Below are positions 36,867 through 49,731 of a stretch of 64,000 bases of DNA, in pieces. The stretch is from assembly GCA_036785375.1 (NCBI GenBank), contig JAWMAR010000030.1:6820001-6884000 (forward strand), written 5' to 3'. Source of the DNA: Leucoraja ocellata (lineage: Eukaryota). The first letter of the stretch is position 1. Each line of letters starts with the position of its first letter. Below the pieces are notes generated by a model. It saw nothing but the letters and a program-made list of their open reading frames with translations, was not told the DNA's origin and ran no database searches. The position numbers were made by a program, and so were the translations under genes.

Positions 36867-38371
36867 CTGTTGAAAGAAACAGAACGTTTCAGATTATGTT
36901 ACATTTAATATGATATAGCTAAGAGACCGGCAGAGTACATGCTTGTTTGCTTTGAGCACCTGGACATCATGCGGGAGAAACATTGAGGGTTGAAGACAAG
37001 CAGACAGCACAGCAGCCATTCTTTGGAAACACAATCTTTCAGAAGATCACGAAGGGGGTGTTCAGAACAAATGGGTTTGATAATTGTAAAATGAAAACCA
37101 TACAGAGTGCAAATAAATAAATTGTTAAGAACAACGGGTAGTATACAAACCTTTCTGTATGCCTGTCCAGATCATTCATTGCAAATTAACATGGCTCAAA
37201 AGGTTCAAAAGATAACTGAGTATTAAAATACTTATTTTTGAATTACTGCTGGACTAGCAATCCAGGGAGAATTAAATTCACACCACTGGAATTTATGTAT
37301 TTGGATTTTTTAAAAATCTAGAAATGGGAAAGCAATTATCAGTAAAGGTGAAACTTCAGCGTAGTGTCAACCACCATATATTATGCTGGATAACATGCAT
37401 TTGCCAAAACATACAGAAGACTTTGAATTGGCCAAGCAAACCCTTCTGTTATATCAAAAGGAAAGGCTACTGACATTTCTTCAGGGTAACCAAATGAGCA
37501 ATATAACTGCAAGCCTTGACAGTAACATTAAGTAATGCCAGTGAATCTTTTGTGGCATTGCTCATGACAAGTCAGACAATTTTATATAATTCCAAGATCT
37601 CCAAGACACACAGTGATATGTGCCATCCTGCTGTTAATGCAATGTGTTTAATTAGACTACCATTTAAAGGCCACAAAATCTAATTGGTATAAATGTGCAT
37701 ATTTTCTGAGATCAATTAGAGGCTAATTTATATCATTAAGGGAATTTGCTGATTAGCAGGTGCTTGGAAATTCACAGCTCCGGGTTAACAAACCCATAGT
37801 CAAAAAATGTCCACCCCCCTTTGTGTCCCTACCTTTGACACTTAAATTAAAACCTTGGGTTAAAACACATTTGTTATGTGGAAATTCATTTAAATTTCCA
37901 GGTCATTAATATCTGATTATCCTGGCATTTGCACATAAACAATTCATAATAATTACACATGAGCAGACTGGAGGGCAGGCCAGGTTCAGAGCGCATCTGC
38001 AATAAAAAGGACCATCATTTTACCATGCCGGTGAATTTTATTGTAGCATTTATAAAAATGCCATTTTGTGTACTGATTCTGTGTAAGAATAATATAATGG
38101 TGGACACCAATAATTCTGGAAATCTATCAACCCATACTTTCTTAACTTGTCTTTCTTTGCTATTGAATGAAACCCATAATTTGTAATTCTAATCAACAAG
38201 TGATTTACAGAGCCCCTTCCACAAGTATATGACTACAGGATAATCTTCCTTGATTGAAGACCTGTTTTGAATTTTGGGCGGCTGAAAATTGAACTGTTAC
38301 TCTTCCTTTTCCCCTGATAGGTTAGCTAACAGAATACCATATAATTTGAATAACTGTCATTTTTGGTTCAT

Positions 38372-38860
38372 AAAATCATAAGACATAGGAACAGAATTTG
38401 GCCATTTGGCCCATCAAGTCTGCTCTGCCATTTCATCGTAACTGCTCAATTTATCCTTCTCAACCCCATTCTCCGTCCTTTATCTCGTAACCTTTGATGT
38501 CCATACCAATCATGAACCTATCAATCTTGGATTTAAAAATACCCAATGACTTGGCCACACATCTGTTCATGGCACTGATTTCCACAAATTCCTCCTCATC
38601 TTCATTCTAATATCACATTATTTTATCCTGTGCCCTCTAGTCCTAATCTCTCCCACCACTGGAAACATCCTCTCCACATACACTCAATCTAGGCCTTTCA
38701 ATATGCAGCAGGTTTCAATGAGATCCTTCTAAACTCCAGCGAGTACAGGCCCAGATCCATCAAACGCTCCTCATACATTAACACAATCAACCTGGGACCA
38801 TTCCTGTTAACCTCCTCTGGAATCCCAGCACATCCTTCCTCAGATATGGGTTCCAAATTC
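38372..38860 (-). mobile_element. CR1 LINE 3' fragment
   Basis: cataagacataggaacagaatttggcc tail and decayed ORF2 end. Confidence 0.78.
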
Positions 38861-40015
38861 AGGTTCAGATTATGGCCTTGTATTTAATTTCACTTTAGCT
38901 TTTTAAACTGTTCATGTGACTGTAACACGATAGTCCAAATGTAAAAATATTTACTTATTTACAAATTAATTTTGTAGTCTTGCACTTATTTTCCTTAGCC
39001 TATTTTCATAAGGCATTCCGCCCATTCTGGATATCAAGCCTGCTAAATCTCCGAACTTGCTCCAACACATTTATATCTTTCCATAAATAAGGACATCGAT
39101 ATGATACACAATACTCTGGATGCAAACTCACCAATGCCCTTTACAACTGAAGCATTATCCAACTACTTTTGCATTTGATTCCCCTTGCAAAGTAAAACAT
39201 TGTTAGTTTTCCTAATCACTTGCTGTACCCGCAAACTAGTCTTCTGAGTCACCCAGATCTCTCTGTATCTCAGAGCTCTGCAATCTCTTATTTATCTCTT
39301 CTACCAAATTGTTGTCCTCTCAATTAACCTGTCTCTGTTTCTTTCAACCTCACATCCTCTTTGCAATTTACTCTTTTATCTATTTTTGTGTCAACAGCAA
39401 ATGAGTCATTTATTGAAAGAGGTTGAGACTCCAGCAGTGATGTCCATTTTAAACCATTTGTTACATCTTCCAACCTGAAGTGAGCCATTTATGACCACCC
39501 TCTCTTATTAGCAAGCCAATATTTTATCCATGCCAATGTGGTATTTCTATACCATGAGCTTTTATTATATCTTTTAATAACCTTTAAATTCTTAATCACA
39601 TGCCTCTAGGTATATTCAATGGTTACCCTTCATCCACCGCACATTACGTCTTCATATAACTTCAATAAATTGGTCAAACAAGGTTACTCATTCACAAAAT
39701 GATGCTGCCTTCTCCTGCTTGTATTGTTCGTTGGGCCTTTATTCAGCCTCTACTTTCTTTTCAAATAACATTCGCTATTTTCTAGTGTGCTGTAATCATA
39801 CCCGGATTTTGAAAAAGTAAAACCCATCCATCAATCCTCTCACCAGCCATTTCCAGTGACCCTGGAATTTAGTGCACCAGTGCCTATGGATGTCAGCAAT
39901 TTCCAAGGGGTGGGAGATTGTTACCTTCATGTGTTTCAACGAATGCAATCAACCTGCTTTGATTTAAAAATATATATTTTGTTCAATCTTCCAATCTACC
40001 ATTCTACTTTGTACA

Positions 40016-40236
40016 CAAACATAGAAAAACAGGTGCAGGAGTAGGCCATTCGGCCCTTCAAGCCAGCACCGCCATTCAATATGATCATGGCTGATCATCT
40101 TAAATCAGTACCCCGTTCCTGCTTTCCCCCCATATCCCTTGATTCCTTTAGCCCTAAGTGCTAAATCTAACTCTCTCTTGAATACATCCAGTGAATTGGC
40201 CTCCACTGTGAATTCCACAGATTCACATCTCTCTGG
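40016..40236 (-). mobile_element. HER1/CR1 3' tail
   Basis: aaacatagaaaaacaggtgcaggagtaggccattcggccc. Confidence 0.85.
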
Positions 40237-40837
40237 ACACTTTTTCTTTTGGCTTGACACTATATATTATTTTATTTTTGAGCCTCCTACAATGTTTCCA
40301 GCTGCTAGCTGAAGTAAAGAGTATAATTGTGTATGGAAACAAAATCATTCTCACTGCACTCCTAATATAATCTTGAGAAAGGGACGAGGAAACAGAAGGG
40401 GTACCTGCTATCTTTCAGAATCAATACATAATCAATAAATACTGAAAATTATATCCCTCTTCAACATTTACAAGTTTCTTTGTTATGGTATTTATGCTTG
40501 CTGGCAGGTCAACAGTTGGAAAATAAATCATGTTTGGAAAGGAATTACCAAGTTTGAGAATGATCTCGAAGGAGTCTATCTTATCCATGTATCCCCTCCA
40601 TTAATGGACCATGGGGACTAGTTGGGAGTGTAAGGAGGGTTTCTTAAGAGTGACAGAGTACAAGCAGAATTTCTGGAGCACCAGTGCTGAGCTGGAGCCA
40701 ATAAGCAGTAGGTGTTGATACTGATCAATGCACCTCTACATCAAGCACGTGTCTACCACCATAAATTAGTGTCCTCTGAAAATTACTGCCCAGGTACAGT
40801 GATGCATTAACTAGAGATAATATTACCTGTCTAGGTC

Positions 40838-41620
40838 AATAGACAATAGGTGCAGGAGTAGGCCATTTGGCCCTTCGAGCCAGCACCGCCATTCAATGTG
40901 ATCATGGCTGATCATCCACAATCAGTACCCCATTCCTGCCTTCTCCCCATATCTCCTCACTCCGCTATCTTTAAGACCCCTATCTAGCTCTCTCTTGAAA
41001 GTATCCAGAGAACCGGCCTCCACCGGCCTCTGAGGCAGAGAATTCCACACTCACAACTCTCTATGTGAACCTGTCCAAGTCACCTTCCATTCTCATAACA
41101 TCCTCCTCACAGTTCACACTGCCACCCAGCTTTGTATCATCTGCAAATTTGCTAATGTTACTTGTAATCCCTTCATCTAAATCTTTAATATATATTGTAA
41201 ATAGCTGCGGTCCCAGCACCGAACCTTTGTGATACCCCACTAGTCACTGCCTGCCATTCTGAAAGGGACCCGTTAATTGCTGCTCTTGTTTCTTGTCTGC
41301 CAACCACTTCTCTATCCATGTCAGCACTCTACCCCAATACCATGTGCCCTAATTTTGCTCACTAATCTCCTATGTGGGACCTTATCAAATGCTTTCTGAA
41401 AGTCCAGCTACACTGCATCCACTGGCTCTCCCTTGCCCATTTTCCTAGTTACATCCTCAAAAAATTCCCCAAGAGTAGTCAAGCATGATTTCCCACTCAT
41501 AAATCCATGCTGACTTGGACCGATCCTGTTACTGCTAGCCAAATGTGCTGCTATTTCATCTTTTATGATTGACTCCAGCATCTTCCCCACCACCGATGAC
41601 AGGCTAACTGGTCTATAGTT
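40838..41620 (-). mobile_element. Internally deleted CR1 LINE (RT domain plus 3' tail)
   Basis: NYRPVSL..VVGKMLESIIKDEIAAHL...SQHGFMSGKSCLT.L.EFFEDVT (CR1 RT motifs) joined to the 3' tail at ~41070. Confidence 0.92.
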
Positions 41621-43949
41621 CTTTAGTAACTTGTCAGTTTCTTTGTTGAACTAAATTAAGGCGCATGTTGCAATCTCTCTCCCGCATTTCTTACAAAATG
41701 TTAAACTACCTAAGATGAAGGATTAATTGGCAGAAATACATTGTATCAAGCACTGCTAGTGGAGGGAGAATTCAATAGCCAAAATTATTGTTTTTTTCCA
41801 CCAATGTATATAAAGCAATCATGGTGTATGTTTTAGCAGTTTCTGCAAGTGTTGCAACATCATAACAGGAATGACTTCCACAAATATGGCTGCTGCACAG
41901 ACAGTTCATTTCCTCTGAACTGCTTTCCTCCTGGAAATCACCTCTATCCACTATCTGCCTCTTCACACAGTACATTTACAATGAGAATACTACACAAAGT
42001 GTAATCATGCACAAACTACACGTGATTTGAAAAAGTCGCGGGATATATGATTTCATAGTAAAATTCAATTGCATTGCCCCTGCTGATGCCCAATCTTATG
42101 TCAATGCCTTAAGATTCCTCTAACTGTCACACTGAATATCTTTCCTTCATCAGTTCTATGTATTATTCTCCATGAAATATCTTGCCTCGCTGCTTACAGA
42201 AGGTTCCTAAAACTGACCACAGCCCATTAACTTGTAGCAGTTTCTTCTCCCAGGAAAATTGTGCTAAATGTAATTCTATGCAAGGATTTTCAATCTCTGA
42301 TGATTTGTGCTGATCCTAAACTAATGTTGAAACAAGTGTGAGTTACCCTGAAATAATGTGAAAATCTCATCCATGATGTCTGAAAACCGGTATTAAACCA
42401 AGAAAGGTCTGCGTCTCAAAGCACATCGAGTACTTTATCTAGTAGCACAATGGTCAAAACCCAAAGGACATTGATATAATATAATTGGAAGAAGCCTACG
42501 GGAGGAAAATAATTTACTCAGCAAGCTATACTGATTTGGAACACACTCTCTGAAAGGGCAATAGAACCAGATTTAATAGAAATACTCAAAAAGAAATAAA
42601 GAGGGAAGTGTGTAACATGGAGAGTTCTTTCAATGAGCTGTCCGAGTAATAATTAAAGACGCAATGGACCAAATAGTTTCCTTCTGTCCATATAATCCCT
42701 GATCAGATGGGTTATCTCTTTCAATAACCATTATTTGTGGTACACATGACAGTCATTTTCTGCCAGTTTCTGGAGAATTATTCATTGCCATTTTACACAT
42801 CAGAATTAACAAGCATAACTTCAGGTTTGAAGAAAACCATTAAGGCATCTTGACGGAAATTAATTGATTGCCCTGATACATGCTGTCCTCAGAACAATGA
42901 GGAAGATGCTGTCCCAAACTGCTGTGGAAAGAGGGGGGGGGAATCAGAATTCTGGATGGCTTAGAAACTGCAAATCAAATTATTCGATTTGTGTTAACAT
43001 TTCCTATTGCAAGTATTTTACATGATATCTATTGTGTTGGAATTTAGAGACAGTTTCAATCTGTTAGCCAGTGGTCTCACTCATTTCACACTGTGATCAA
43101 AGAACTCTCATGCTGTAAGCATTCGTTCTGCTCAGCAGTGTGATTTATAATGAAAATATGTATGTGAAATATTGGCAAAGCTCACAGATGATGGGAGGTT
43201 TGAAGAAATTTCCAATAATGTGATTCTTCTCTTCCAGTTAAGTGGGCTGAAATGTTTACTTGGTGGTAAAACGTGTGTTGTTTTGTTTGCAATAACTGGA
43301 GTTTGGGATAGGGTAGTGGTCTAGGTAACACAGGTAGGCAGTACCTTTAGCTCAGATGAATATGTTGAACTATCTTCCAAACTTAATGCGTGATAATTCT
43401 ACATGGTTCTATGCCTCACTTCTCCAAAGCATATCGCAGTGTTGAGTTAAAAGTTAAATATGACCACATTGTTAAAAAATATCCATAACCATCACCATGG
43501 GAGAATTAACTTGTTTACACAAAATCCCAAAGATGTTTCTCATACTTCAAATGTTGCGTTGTAAAGGTTACGCATTAAACTCTACTCATCTATCTGAATT
43601 TCTATCATATATATAATGTAATAAATGTTCAAGTGAATAATGGGGGAAGACACACAAAGGATCTAAGCTTGATGAGTTCACAAGTTCTGATCTTTCACCA
43701 AGTGGAAGAGATTTGAAAATCAATGCATGATAACGTGATGGAGGGAACAGCCCTAGTTGCATTTAAAAAATGAAGACTTGTTGTACTGTAACCTATAAGG
43801 TCTGGGAAGTAAGATTAGGTGATAACACCTTTTTAGGCAGTATGCATATGATGAACCCTATGACGAACCCTCTTTGAAAATGTTTCTTCAATCACAGCTC
43901 TGCAACAGCATATGATGCTACCTCCCCATCTGTTTCCCAAACCCTCAGT

Positions 43950-44260
43950 CATAGAGTATTTCAGTGTGGAAACAGGCCCTTCGGCCCAACTTGCCCACAC
44001 CAGCCAACAGGTCCCATCTACACTAGTCTCTCCTGCCTGTGTTTGGCCCATATCCCTCTAAACCTGTTCTATCCATGTACCAGTCTAAACATTTCTAAAA
44101 TGTTGCAATAATGCCTGGCACAACTACCTCCTCCAGCAGCTCGTTCCATACAACCACCACCCCTGGTGTGTGAATAAGTTACCCCTCAGGTTCCTATTAA
44201 ATCTTTCCCCCCTCACCTTAAACATATGTCCTCTGGTTCTTGATTCCCCTACTCTGATTC
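43950..44260 (-). mobile_element. CR1 LINE 3' end (subfamily sharing the HE1 SINE tail)
   Basis: gtgtggaaacaggcccttcggccc tail shared with the HE1 SINEs. Confidence 0.8.
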
Positions 44261-45273
44261 ATTATGTTCCTCTACTTTCCCTTCTCCCCACTCTCCATTT
44301 GGCAAAACTGTGATGATTGTGCTCATGCTAGGAGTAATGCAGAAATTAAAGGTATGACTATTGCTAAAACCAAACATTTGTGGATAGTTAATCTACCAAT
44401 AACGATGTAAAAAACAATAACACTCCACAACCTTATAGTTTATGGGGATATTCTACTTGTCAAGTAATTTCCTCTGATCAGCAGTAGGAATTTAAGCCTT
44501 TGGTGCTTATAAAGCAGACGGTTTAATAATAGCAGTCATAGCAGATGCCAGATTAAGGCCTGTGAGAGTTTCTACATTGTGTAAAATATAAAGGATTGCT
44601 TATGGCATTCTCACTTTGGAACTGAATTCTGACAAGTCTCAATTTTTGAAATGCTGATCTAACAGATTCTTAAATGTTTTTGTTCTGTTTATACTTAAAC
44701 CACCAGAAAGGGACATGGCTGAAATGCGTGTGTGTATCTTACACTAATGGTTTTACTTTATATTTATTCAGTTTTCCTTTTACTCGCGAATATTCGACTG
44801 TCTGGTTCAAATCAAAGAGGATTTAACTTGCTGCTGAGCAATCAAAAAACCCAACCTATTCCACTATGTTCGTTCAAACCAATATCTTTTGAAGCTTATC
44901 TCACACCTCTCTGTCCAAATACTTCTCCCTGGCCAACTGACTAGTGTGCAGCAGCTGTGCATGGTTAATGTGTGAAAGCACAAGGAGCTGAAAGGTAATG
45001 TAAGTATTTTCCAGAATTGCCTGGGTGCAATAAAACTAACGGAAACAGACTCTTGAAACATTTGAGGATAAAATTAATCGTAATTACTAACTTGTTATAA
45101 CTGTCACTGTGCCTGTTGTCTTATTGAATAACGTTAGTTATATGAAGATTTCACAAAGCACTGTCCACAGTATTTAGGTGAGAGAAGCAAGATTCAATAG
45201 GAATCTGAGTGGCAACATTTTCACTCAGAGGGTAGTGGGTACACGGAACAATCTGACAGTGACGGTAGTTGAG

Positions 45274-45398
45274 TAGTGTAGGGGGGAACTGTAGATGCAG
45301 ATTTACACTGATAATGCTGGAGTAACACAGCAGGACAGGCAGCATCTCTGGATAGAAGGGAATGGATGACTTTTTGGGTCGAGACCCTTCTTCAGATT
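45274..45398 (-). mobile_element. Penelope-derived hammerhead-motif repeat inserted in a plus-strand CR1 fragment, 10-bp TSD
   Basis: Flanked by GGTAGTTGAG at 45264-45273 and 45399-45408. Minus strand begins ATCTGAAGAAGGGTCTCGACCCAAAAAGTCATCC. Confidence 0.8.
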
Positions 45399-46411
45399 GG
45401 TAGTTGAGGCACTATAATAGAATTTATAAGACTCTTGGATAGGTATATTGATAGGAAAGGTTTAGAAGGACGGAGCAAACATGGGAAAATGGGACTAGTT
45501 TATAAGGATATAAAATGGGTATATTTCTAAGTTTAATAAGCTTACATTTTGATTTGTCTATATGATTTTATTCAACGAAGTTCACGCCTGCCAGTGGAGG
45601 AACTGCCAGGGAGCTATTTTAACAAGGTTTGCACTGGGGTGGGAGCTCAGAGGAGACAATGTAAACTTCCATTTACATACTGAAATTGAAGCAGCAGCCA
45701 GCTGCACTCCATCTATCCTGAACCTGTTCCAGCAAATTAACAGCCTGTTGAGCCCCCACTGCTTGATGGCAAGAATTTCTTGCATTGAGAAAATGAATCC
45801 ACTCAGCAAACAGATGTCTGCCTTTTATCAGCCATATTGGAAGGACTGGATATAATGCATTATAAATTATCTAACATTACCTGAGTGTGCTTTAATAGGT
45901 ACATTATGTCCCTTAGATGGTTTTAATATCATTCTGCCAGTGTGCTGACAATGTCACTAATGAAAGTGCAAACCAATGAGCAATTCTCTTAGATCATCAA
46001 TTTTGTATCTACAATTTGAAAACGTTTTCTTAAATTTGCTAACTCAAAGCATGGAAATGCTCAAAGCAAGGCTAATTTTATATTCGTACCATGACGGAAA
46101 TATGTTTTACTTTTCCTTTCACTGATGTATTTTGGCTTTAGATTAATGCTTTTGGTATTAAAACAAATTGGAACATGTTGGAAATGTTCATTAGTGTTTG
46201 AATAAAAGCAGATAATTTTGCGAGATCTTTGAAAATGGTTTCTGAAGTTTTCCCAACAATTATGACTAATTTATAGAATATTTTATCCATTTTTGATTAA
46301 CGCTTCACTGAAAATCAGTATGGATTGAATATAAAATGAAAATGTGTTTTCAAGCTCTATTTGATGATATTTCCAGTTGTCCAATTCTGATTTCATGGCT
46401 ACAGTTGGTTA

Positions 46412-46605
46412 NNNNNNNNNNNNNNNNNNNNNNNNNNNNNNNNNNNNNNNNNNNNNNNNNNNNNNNNNNNNNNNNNNNNNNNNNNNNNNNNNNNNNNNNN
46501 NNNNNNNNNNNNNNNNNNNNNNNNNNNNNNNNNNNNNNNNNNNNNNNNNNNNNNNNNNNNNNNNNNNNNNNNNNNNNNNNNNNNNNNNNNNNNNNNNNNN
46601 NNNNN
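46412..46605. other. Assembly gap (194 N)
   Basis: Run of N followed by a G-tract. Confidence 1.
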
Positions 46606-46984
46606 GGGCGGACTGGTGGAGGGTGGGGGGTGGGGGGTGGGGGGTGGGGAGGGGAGGGGGCAGGGACAGACCTGAAAGCATCTGTGCCATCCGACCCTTT
46701 TCATTTCTACATGATCAGAATTGGTGAAGGAAACATCTTAACATTCTCATACCTTGTGCACACTTACAAATGCTGCATCTCATATTAACTTATGATTTGC
46801 ATATGGCATTAATATTCTAATTTAAAATATTAACAGAATGCAATTTGTACAGAAAAACTATCAAATAAAATGAGAAGTGGAGAAACTGTGCTAAGGCAGT
46901 GGAGAAAATAGTGAAGCATATTGGTTACAATATTAAATAAAAAGGAATTAGGTAGCAATGCAGAGATTAGACTAAATGCATACA

Positions 46985-47790
46985 TAAAATACAGAACAGT
47001 ACCAGCACAGGATCAGGACTGACAGTCAACAATATCTGTGCTGAGTATGATGCCAATTTAAGCTAATCTTACCTGCCAGCATATGGTTTACATCTCCCCA
47101 TCCCCTGCCTGTTTATATGTCTGTCTAAATGCTTCTTAAATATTGCAATCATTTCATGTTTCACTACCTCTCCTGGCAGCGGATTCCAGGCACCTACTAT
47201 TCTGTGTGTAAAAAACAAACCTTGCAAATTTTTAAAATTCACGCATCTAACCTTAAATGGATGCCTTTTGGTATTTGACATTTCCAAAGACTGACTATCT
47301 CATAATTTTATATACTCCCAGTCCTTCAGCCTCTGATGGTCTAAAGAAAACAATTCAAAACTTTAGCACTCTCGCCAAAATCTCCCAGGTTCCAAGTAAA
47401 GGAGCAACCAGAACTACACACAATATTTAACCAAGTTTTATACAGCTGTAACATTACTTCTCCACTTAAAGCTCAATGTCCTGACTAATAATGGAATGTG
47501 TGCCATATGCCTACTTTGCTACCCCACCTAATTACCGCTTTTAAGGAGCCACAAATTGCACTTAAGATCTCTCCGTACATGAATGTTCCTGAGTGTCCTG
47601 CCATTTACTGTATACTTTCCTCTTACATTTGAACATTTGAAGTGCACACTTGCATAGATTCAAGTCCACCTGCCATTTCAACTCACGTACTTTCAACTGA
47701 TCTACAGTCTTCTGTATCCTTTGACAGTCTTCCCCACTATCCACAATTTTGTAAATTTTCTTGGTGTTTGCAAACTTATTAACCAGTCCA
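46985..47790 (-). mobile_element. Old CR1 LINE fragment
   Basis: FFTHRIVGAWNPLPGEVV...FKKHLDRH and DSGEDCQRIQKTVDQL...WQVDLNLCKC. Confidence 0.8.
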
Positions 47791-48169
47791 ATTATTACTT
47801 TATCCTTATCATTTACGCATCAAGGGGTGACTCTATCAATGCAAAGCAGGGGTGGGTTACACACACAGACCAGAATGTTTCCAAATTGGGAGTAGATGAT
47901 GGAAATCAATAACACACTTGCTATGTAACACTGTTTGGTAATATGTTATTTTAAAGCAATCTGCCTGTTGTTTTGCCTCTTGGGGATGCTCACAATTCCC
48001 TTCAGATATGGGTGCTCACATTTATAATCACTTTCAATGTACTCTGACATAAGACATACCTGTTGGCATGAGAAAGATACCAGTGTGACTGTGATGAATG
48101 GCCACGTTTGATAAGCAGCATTTTTACGATAGATAGTGAGACACATCTTTTGTGGACAGCAAGATCATA

Positions 48170-48525
48170 CGACATACCTGTAGGAGCAGAGTTTGACCAT
48201 TCAGTCCATCTAATCTGCTCCGCCATTTGATAAAGGCTAAACTATTTTTCCTTCTCAACACCATTCTCCTGCCTTCTCCCTGTAACCTTTAACGCACTTA
48301 TTAATCAAGAACATATCAATCTCGGCTTTATAAATGCCCAATGGCTTGGTCTCCACGTGACACCGTCTGTGGCAATGAATTCCACAGATTCACCACTAAA
48401 GAAATTCCTCCTCATCTCCATTCCAAAGGTACGTCCTTTTATTCTGAGACTGTGTCCTCTGGTCCTAGACTCTCCTACTGCTGGAAACATCCTCTCCACA
48501 TCCACTCTATCGATGCCTTTCATTA
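48170..48525 (-). mobile_element. CR1 LINE 3' end
   Basis: MKGIDRVDVERMFPAVGESRTRGHSLRIKGRTFGMEMRRNFF. Confidence 0.88.
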
Positions 48526-49274
48526 TTTATCAAACTTGACTTAAAAAACATTTTGATATCAACCTGTATTGACTGCTATGCAAATAATGGAAAGTACCTT
48601 CAATAAGAAATACCAAAACATCCTTACACTATTTAGGCAGTTACAAAAGAGCAACTCATGATTAAACAGTGCCAAGTTCTGCAATGATTAGGACCTGTTG
48701 AATATATTGCCCAAAATGTCTTTTGACTTAATCGTAAGACTGGTTCTTGAAAAAAGTATTTTAGAATTTCTTTTTAACTTCTTGAATACCCCACAGAAGA
48801 TTTGCTTTTGTTAATTATATTAACCACTTTTCAAGTCAAATGTAGCCACAGGCAGATATTATGAAATGTACCAAATTTGATTTTACACTGAAATCGATCA
48901 AATTTATAAGCTACTGGTTTTCCAATTAGGAGGTGCTTGTTTCCCATTATTTTACTGGTAAAATGGAAATTTTGCCTATACCAGTTTAAAGGCACAGATT
49001 CAAAACCGGCAATTCACAATGGTGCCCTATTCTAGATTCTTAAAATTCACAAATTTATTGGTTATGTTTTTCCCTTTTGCTGTTGCTATGCCCTTTCCTT
49101 CTCATCATCTGTATACTTTAAAAGAGAATCTAATGGATAAAGGACAGTGAATCACAGTCGCTCAGCTGAGGAAATGAGATGTCATCATTATCAGTGTCAT
49201 CTATTAGCATCTTACAGTCCTTAATTGAGTGGACATTAACACGGTCTTAATTCAGTGCAAAATATGTCTAGGTT

Positions 49275-49581
49275 TTTAATTTTAGAGATACAGTGCATAA
49301 ACATGCCATTCGGCCCACCGAGACTGCGCTGACCAGCAGTCCCCGCACATTAACACTATCCTACACAGACCAGGGACTATTTATAATTATACCAAGCCAA
49401 TTAATCCACAAACTTGTACGTCTTTGGAGTGTGGGAGGAAACCGGAGATCCCGGAGAAAACCCATGCAGTTCATGGGAGAATGTACAAACTCTGTACGGA
49501 CAAGCACCCGTGGTCAGGATCGAACCCAGGTCTCTGGCGCTGTAAATCAGCAACTCTACTGCTGAGTCACCATGCCGCCCT
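49275..49581 (-). mobile_element. HE1-type SINE
   Basis: A-box and B-box (ggttcgatcc), V-domain and tail on minus. Confidence 0.85.
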
Positions 49582-49607
49582 AGTGGGTACAACTATAAAA
49601 AATTCAA

Positions 49608-49731
49608 TGTGTAGGAAGGAACTGCAGATGCTGGTTTATAAATACAAATTGCTGGAGTAACTCAGCGGGACAGGCAGCATCACTGGAGAAAAGGAATGTA
49701 TGTCGTTTTGGGTCGAGCCCCTTCTTCGGTC
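49608..49731 (-). mobile_element. Penelope-derived hammerhead-motif repeat (degenerate core)
   Basis: Minus: GACCGAAGAAGGGGCTCGACCCAAAACGAC...GATGCTGCCTGTCCCGCTGAGTTACTCCAGC...GCAGTTCCTTCCTACACA. Confidence 0.78.

Noticed and set aside
42820-42922. Minus-strand acceptor ccccccctctttccacag with downstream sequence
   Set aside because: Stops in all three frames, no good donor and no CCSER2 similarity.
45582-45690. Candidate for the CCSER2 cassette exon (contains PWQ on minus)
   Set aside because: No further similarity to the recalled GGYSAPSFSPWQGSFQGIPR peptide in any frame, and the splice sites are weak.
46336-46788. ORFs of 93-150 aa around 46.4-46.7 kb
   Set aside because: Artefacts of translating through the N gap.
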